Assembly: GCA_030390025.1 (NCBI GenBank)
Contig: CM059432.1
Location: 139,750,001 to 139,814,000 of the forward strand
From: Squalus acanthias
Taxonomy: Eukaryota
Direction: 5' to 3'
DNA: 64,000 nt
The notes beneath the pieces were generated by a model that was not told the DNA's origin, ran no database searches, and saw only the letters and a list, made by a program, of their open reading frames with translations. Shown in pieces: positions 57,831 through 64,000 of this stretch. Each line of letters opens with the position of its first letter. Position 1 is the first letter of the stretch. The position numbers were made by a program, and so were the translations under genes.

Positions 57831-58530
57831 AGAAAACATATTTGGAACTGATTTTCTCCCAAGTTTATAGCCGTAAATGCATTAATGATGTCAGGGAAGA
57901 GTACAGTTAGTAATGCATTGACTATATTAGACGGTGTACTTATTGTGTTTTCAGACCACAAGCTGTGTAAAATGAGTGGCTTCAGACTGGATGCCAGACA
58001 AATACAGTCTACTACTCTTCATTCAAAGCTGTTTAATCAAATTATACGACAATGCGATCTTTTAGCACTAAATTCCGCTTTGCTGTGTCATTTATGCTGC
58101 TTAATTTAAAATTAATAGATAATTCAATTTTTTTTTAAGCGCAAAAAATTGACTTTAAATGATCAGGGCTAGATTGTACCAGCAATTAATTTTTTTTTAT
58201 ATAATCAAAAAGCTGAAACTCTCAAAACTAATTTTGTAGAAAGTTCAAGTCGTCAACAAAATGCCTCGCATCGGCACCATTTCCCCCCTAGTGGTTTTGC
58301 CTCTAAAACAGAAAACATTCTTTAAATATCTGAAGAATCGTTCTAGGTCCAGTGTAGTACTAAGCCAAGCAGAACAGATTTGATTCAGGGTCTGTGTTGA
58401 ATTAGCTGAATTGAGCCAGGAGAACAAATGCGACACTGCAATTAGCCTCAAACGCCCCTGGAGCAAGGAAAGGGGGTTCTAATCCTGATCGCTCCCCTCC
58501 TGACCTCCACTGTGAAAGTGCACCTGTATG

Positions 58531-58668
58531 CAGTTCTGACGAAGGGTCTTCGACCTGAAACGTTAACTCTGTTTCTCTCTCTCCACGGATGCTGCCTGGC
58601 CCGCTGAGTTTTTCCAGCTTTTTCTTGTTGTTATTTCGGATTTCCAGCATCCGCAGTATTTTGCTATC
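58531..58668 (+). mobile_element. Solo Penelope pseudo-LTR fragment inserted in an LF-SINE-like repeat
   Basis: Homologous to 25184-25318; TSD GCACCTGTA(T/C)G at 58520-58530 and 58669-58679. Confidence 0.85.
58532..58568 (+). ncRNA. Minimal type I hammerhead ribozyme motif
   Basis: AGTT-CTGACGA-A-GGGTC-TTC-GACCT-GAAAC-GTT-AACT; differs from the 25185 copy only in loop II. Confidence 0.8.
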
Positions 58669-59762
58669 GCACCTGTACGGAGGTCAGGGGAGGACGAGGT
58701 TTAGCTCAGCTCGCTACGGCGAGAAACCGTGCCAACACTCGCTGGTTGGGCTCACATGGGCAAGATTATCAAGAGGGCTCCTGGCGTCTGTGGAACTGAG
58801 TTCCAGATAGAGTCAGTACCTTCAGGAGAGGGCGAGAAATTCATTAAAAAAAAAAGGAATTGTTCAATAAAGATAAGACTACCGAAAGTGAGGAACTGAC
58901 TGAACAGGTTGCTGCTTAGCCGTTGCCCTCTTAAGATAGCAGCTGCATAACGAGTGATTACAGGATACCGCTCACAACGATTGAAAATAATCCCATGAAA
59001 ATTGCTGTCACGTCTCTCCGTGATATAAAATATTTTCACTCGTGATGCCGATTTGTGACTACAATTATAAGGAGAGATGTGAGATATGAGGCTGTTTTCC
59101 ACTGGAACATAGAAGGCAAAGAGGAGACTTAATAGAAGTCTTTAAAATTACAAAAGGGTTTCGATAGCGTGAATAGGGAAAGCCTATTTTCTCCAGTTGG
59201 GGATTCAGAGGTGAGGAATCATGAATTTAAAATCGTCACTGAGAGAGTGAGGCTAGAGGTTAGGAAAAATGTCAGAGTTTTTTTGGAGAATGGAACCTTT
59301 TTAAGTAGAATGATACAGTATATACAGCACAGAAACCGGCTATTCAGCCCAACCAGTCCATGCTGGCATTTATGCTCCACTCGAGCCTCCTCCCAGCCTT
59401 CCTCATCTAACTCTATCAGCATAACCCACTATTCCCTTCTCCCTCATATGTTTATCTAGCTTCCCCTTAAATGCATCTGTGGTAGTGAATTTCACATTCT
59501 CACCACTCTCTGATGTAAAGAGGTTTCTTCTGACTTCCCTGTTGATTTCCTGGTGACTATCCTATATTTTGGCACAGGGCATGGTTGAGGCAGAGGCCAT
59601 TGCACCTTTTCATGATAAATATCTGAAGTACAATGAAACAGAACTCACCATTTCAACTTTTGTCAATGGCACAAGCATTTGTGCTCTTTTTGTACTTTAT
59701 CACAAATGGAAGACACAGTGTGTAAAAACAGCAACATAAACTGTCACCAGTGAGAACCCCTA

Positions 59763-60405
59763 AAAATTAACTGGACCAGCCACATAAATACTGTGGGTAC
59801 AAGAGCACGTCAGAGGCTGGGTATTCTGCGGCGAGTGTCTCACCTCCTGACTCCCCAAAGCCTTTCCACCATCTACAAGGCACAAGTCAGGAGTGTGATG
59901 GAATACTCTCCACTTGCCTGGATGAGTGCAGCTCCAACAACACTCAAGAAGCTCGACACCATCCAGGACAAAGCAGCCCGCTTGATTGGCACTCCATCCA
60001 CCACCTTAAACATTCACTCCCTCCACCACCGGCGTACCGTGGCTGCAGTGTGTGCCATCTACAAGATGCACTGCAGCAACTCGCCAAGGCTGCTTCGACA
60101 GCACCTCCCAAACCCGTGACCTCTTCCACCTAGAAGGACAAGGGCAGCAGGCGCATGGGAACACCACCACCTCCAAGTTCCACTCCAAGTCACACACCAT
60201 CCTGACTTGGAAATATATCGCTGTTCCTTCATCGTCGCTGGGTCAAAATCCTGGAACTCCCTCCCCAACAGCATTGTGGGAGCACCTTCACCACACGGGC
60301 TGCAGCGGTTCAAGAAGGCGGCTCACCACCACCTTCTCAAGGGCAACTAGGGATGGGCAATAAATGCTGGCCTTGCCAGCGACGCCCACATCCCATGAAT
60401 GAATT
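59763..60405 (+). mobile_element. 3' fragment of a second LINE family (CR1/Jockey group)
   Basis: YKAQVRSVMEYSPLAW..LDTIQDKAARLI..SLHHRR, a post-RT region typical of non-LTR elements; ends CCCATGAATGAAT. Homologues at 52990-53675 (-) and 33341-33680 (+). Confidence 0.85.
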
Positions 60406-63400
60406 TTTAAAAATCGGAAGACCTTATTTAAATCATTCCACAGTAAAACCAACATGAAATAATCAGTAGGCGGGTCGGTCAGTACAAGCCTTTAAGGCGG
60501 CTGCATCCCTCCATTTGAACAGCATTTTTATTTTTAACTCACGGAGGCTGGGTTTCCCGGGCTTCGGGAATCCCGGCAGGTAAAAGGAGGAGAGAAGGGC
60601 CGGATCCATCAGGTAAGTGCCTTTACAGCACTGCTTGTGGGCCAGGAGGAGCAGGAGTGTTCCAAACCCCCCACTCCCCACATCCCCCGGCCCAACAAGC
60701 AAACCTCCACACAATTGGACCCCTTTGATCGGCCAGTGATGTCAGACTTAGCTGACACCTGCTCCCCGGCCGCTTTCCCACCCGACAACCTGTCAATCAG
60801 GCTGGCTGTTGGGCGGGAAATCTGTTGAATAAATTTAAAAGACGTCCTGCGGTTAATCTCGTCATGACGTCCGGGAAACCCTTACTTCCAGATTTCCTGC
60901 ACGAAAATCCTCCACCCTCCCTGCACCCCCCCCAACACTCTCTTCCTGGCCCCCCAGTAAATATCGAGGCCTTTGTGTCAGTATCAAGGTATCTTCAAAT
61001 GCCTCAGCTCAAAGTGAGAGGGACATCCTCATACTACACCAGTCAGAATTATTCCCTTCCTTTGCCAACCATTCCTGTGGCCTGAGTGAAATTGCCAATT
61101 TAGTACGAGCTTTCTACTTTGAACAAGGAACTGATTTCAGGCTGTCCAAATAATCTTAATTATGGCCTTTAAGGTTAGAGAGGAGAGTTCCACTCGATCA
61201 CTCTGGGCTGGATTCAAATCCACTGGGCTATCCACTTTCCCTGGAAATTATTACAAATTTATGAATGTGATCACTTCATTCATCAAAATATGTCATGGAT
61301 GATAAAATATCTCTACAAATGAAGCTGGTTGGTTATACAAGACTTAGGGTGATATTTGTCATATCGCATAGTGTATTTTTAACACTTGGGAGTCAATTTT
61401 ACAGAACTAGGATTTTTATTTCCACTGGTATTCCTTCACCTAAGATTTCTTGTGGGTATGTACTGCTCTGAGAGCATGTAGTTTTTTTTGTTGTTGCTTA
61501 TGCTGGTTCCCCTTTTGCACCCAACACGATTCCAGGCCTTTGCCATTTGCACTTCAACGTGTCGTGTCCATGTTAGCGCGTAAGCCTCTTTGACTTTTGT
61601 AAAAGCCGACTTTTGTTCACTTCCCTGGTGTGAGCAGAAACGTAATATTGCTGGAAAAATGTGGGTACATTTTAGGCAGAACATCACACTGCAGCTTTTT
61701 CAAAATGGATTCCAGTTACCAAGCCATACCATGAGATCGTCAAATTAACAGCAACATCATCACCTCCATACAGCGCAGAAACAGGCCATTCGTGCAACAA
61801 GTCCGTGCCGGTGTTTGTGCTCCACACGAGCCTCGTCCCTGCCCTTCTTCATCTACCCCCATCGACAAATCCTTCTATTCCTTTCTCCCTCATGTGTTTA
61901 TTTAAATGCTTATGTAGATGGTGTCCTGGATAGCCAATTTCCACTCTTTTGAAATGAGATCCACATTTTTGTCTTATTCCACACATCCCACCCACCACAT
62001 TGTTTGAAAATAAACTCAGTCGAATTGTTTGCATGTGTGTGTGCATTTGTACTCGGTCTTTAGGCTCATAAGAATCATACTTCTGGCTGGGGCTGGAAGC
62101 TGATATGAGTCCCTTTGATTTGAGGGGACTGTAAATTTCGGATCAATTTATAAACAAGGTTTCAGTGTAATGTGCAACAAACTTAGGTAACTAGTTGAAT
62201 CCAGATCAGAACTGGTAGACTGCAACGAAACAAAAATAAAAAAACGCGAGCGGGCCGGTAATAGATTTTACACGTCCATCAACTACCTGCCAGCTCGAAG
62301 CTTGTCAAGGGCATGCCTAAACCTTCCTAACACAGCAAATTATTATCAAGACATGTTCAGCCATTGTGCTGGGAAAAATAAAGGCCTCAAGCCTTCACAG
62401 CAACAACGGGCAAAATGACCTTTTTTTTTAATGTCACGCCATTTTATGTCAAGTCAGGTTGTTTTTTTTCCATGACGAATCATTACTAGTCAACAGGCCA
62501 GCAGAAAAGATGCAAGTTCTCAAGTACTTTAATACTACAATTGGTCAGCACAGGGTGTGGTCATAGGACATGGCTTTCTTTGCCCACTACACTGCGTACC
62601 TGATATTAGCGATTTCAGCCGTTGTGTGGAGCTGCCGAGTAGTGTCCAGGGGCTTCCTCAGAGGGGAGAATGGAGAGAAAACGGAGATAGACCCATTTTG
62701 GGTTGCTGTTGCTACAGATTTCCTATTTTCAGGGAGGTTTCAGACCAGCACTGACAAAGATCTAGGAGAAGGTCATTCTTTCGGCTAGGAAGAGTGCGTC
62801 ACATGGGAAGATCCAAGGGGGAGGGGGAATATACCTCAGAAATGTAGCCTAAAATTCATATAACAAAAAAAAATCTGTAGTACAGAAGATTACAACCTAA
62901 AATGCAAGTTCAGACAATAGAACTGCCTTGATACAAAATAGTACTGTATAACCATCTTTTACTACTACTTGTAATCCGTTTACTATAACCAATTTAATGA
63001 GGGGCGATGAGGAGAATTTTTTTTAAAACGCAGCGAGTTGTTGTGATCTGGAATGCACTGCCTGAAAGGGCGGTGGAAGCAGATTCAATGGTAACTTTCA
63101 AAAGGGAATCTGTTATATACTTCAAAAGGAAAAAATTTGCAGGGCTATGGGGAAAGAGCGAGGGGATGTGGGACTAATTGGATCGCTCTTTCAAAGAGCC
63201 GGCACAGGCACGATGGGCCGAATGGCCTCCTCCTGCGCTGTATCACTCTATGATTTATTTCTGGTAATCCCCTCAAATGCTTGAAAAATTCTGACAAAAA
63301 ATTTAGGAAAGGATCTAAAAAAAAGAAAATCTGTAAAAAGCCTTTTTGTTCCGTACCACACCAGTACACTTGTGCTAATCTGCCCCGGAATTTCCTGGTG

Positions 63401-64000
63401 TGCTCTTACTCAGAGAATATGCCGAAACAGGCGCGGGTTTCTACGTCGATCTTGTCGACGGGAACTTATCCCCAAATTTCCCGCGGATCGCATTAGCAAT
63501 GCAGCGCGTAAAGAAACTGGTGTTAAGCAAGTAGAAATCACCATAAACAATTGTGTCCCAAGTAAAGTGCAGAATAGACGCCATCTTCCTTCTTTAAGTC
63601 CCTCTTTATCTTATTGGTGTTATGAAAGTTAAAGTCTGAAGCCACCAAACCATCATTCATGCACTTTAAGCACAGCATGTTTAAGAAAAGGCAATTGTGG
63701 AAGACGTTCTCAGCCCATTACTCCCCGTCCACCCCCTCTCGATCATGGGGGTTGATGGAAGAAGCCACCAGTCGTGCCATCAAACGAAACCCACTCAACA
63801 GCAACTCGCCCAACGACACCCAGTTCGGACTCCGCCAGACTTCATCGCAGTCCAATCCAGACATGGAAGGCAGGAGCTGCATGCCGGAGGAGAGGTGAGA
63901 GGCAGTATTCCACCAAGTGTGGAGCCAAGGAGCCACAGCAAAACTGAAGTCAATGGGGATTAAGAGGAAAACCTTCCAAGAGCTGGAGCCATACCCGGCC

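Larger units (their letters stand above)
58380..58810 (+). mobile_element. LF-SINE-like ancient repeat; related pieces at about 57065-57210 (+), 37515-37700 (-), 26010-26070 (+)
   Basis: TTAGCTGA..AGCC..CAATTAGCCTCA..GCCCCTGG..CCTGATCGCT..GCCAACACTC resembles the LF-SINE consensus (recalled); two copies in the window align to each other. Confidence 0.6.

Noticed and set aside
63380..64000. CpG-containing stretch starting with a TIR-like GCCCCGGAATTTCC, with short ORFs
   Set aside because: No matching end or recognisable protein inside the window; cannot be classified.

Overview
Vertebrate genomic DNA, most likely from a cartilaginous fish (inferred from the CR1-dominated repeat content with Deu-type and LF-type SINEs). 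There is one clear host gene, a ZHX2-type zinc-finger/homeobox gene on the minus strand. Its 882-aa CDS lies in one exon (41029-43677), with a predicted 89-bp 5'UTR exon and a separate, probably long 3'UTR exon. Most other recognisable features are transposable elements. Main points: (1) an apparently intact 4163-bp PIF/Harbinger DNA transposon (17546-21708, TTA target duplication) with a DDE transposase and a convergent three-exon Myb/SANT-like gene that the ORF track fragments; (2) an 895-bp non-autonomous relative 3.2 kb away; (3) five Penelope-like insertions whose pseudo-LTRs carry a minimal hammerhead ribozyme motif, two with an intact core; (4) a young CR1 family (3 copies) whose 3'UTR has a duplicated, structurally conserved stem-loop; (5) a 13-kb nest of TEs within TEs (9511-22760). 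No CRISPR array, rRNA or true tRNA gene was seen. All calls come from reading the sequence and recalled family knowledge; no searches were run. Boundaries of degenerate repeats are approximate.
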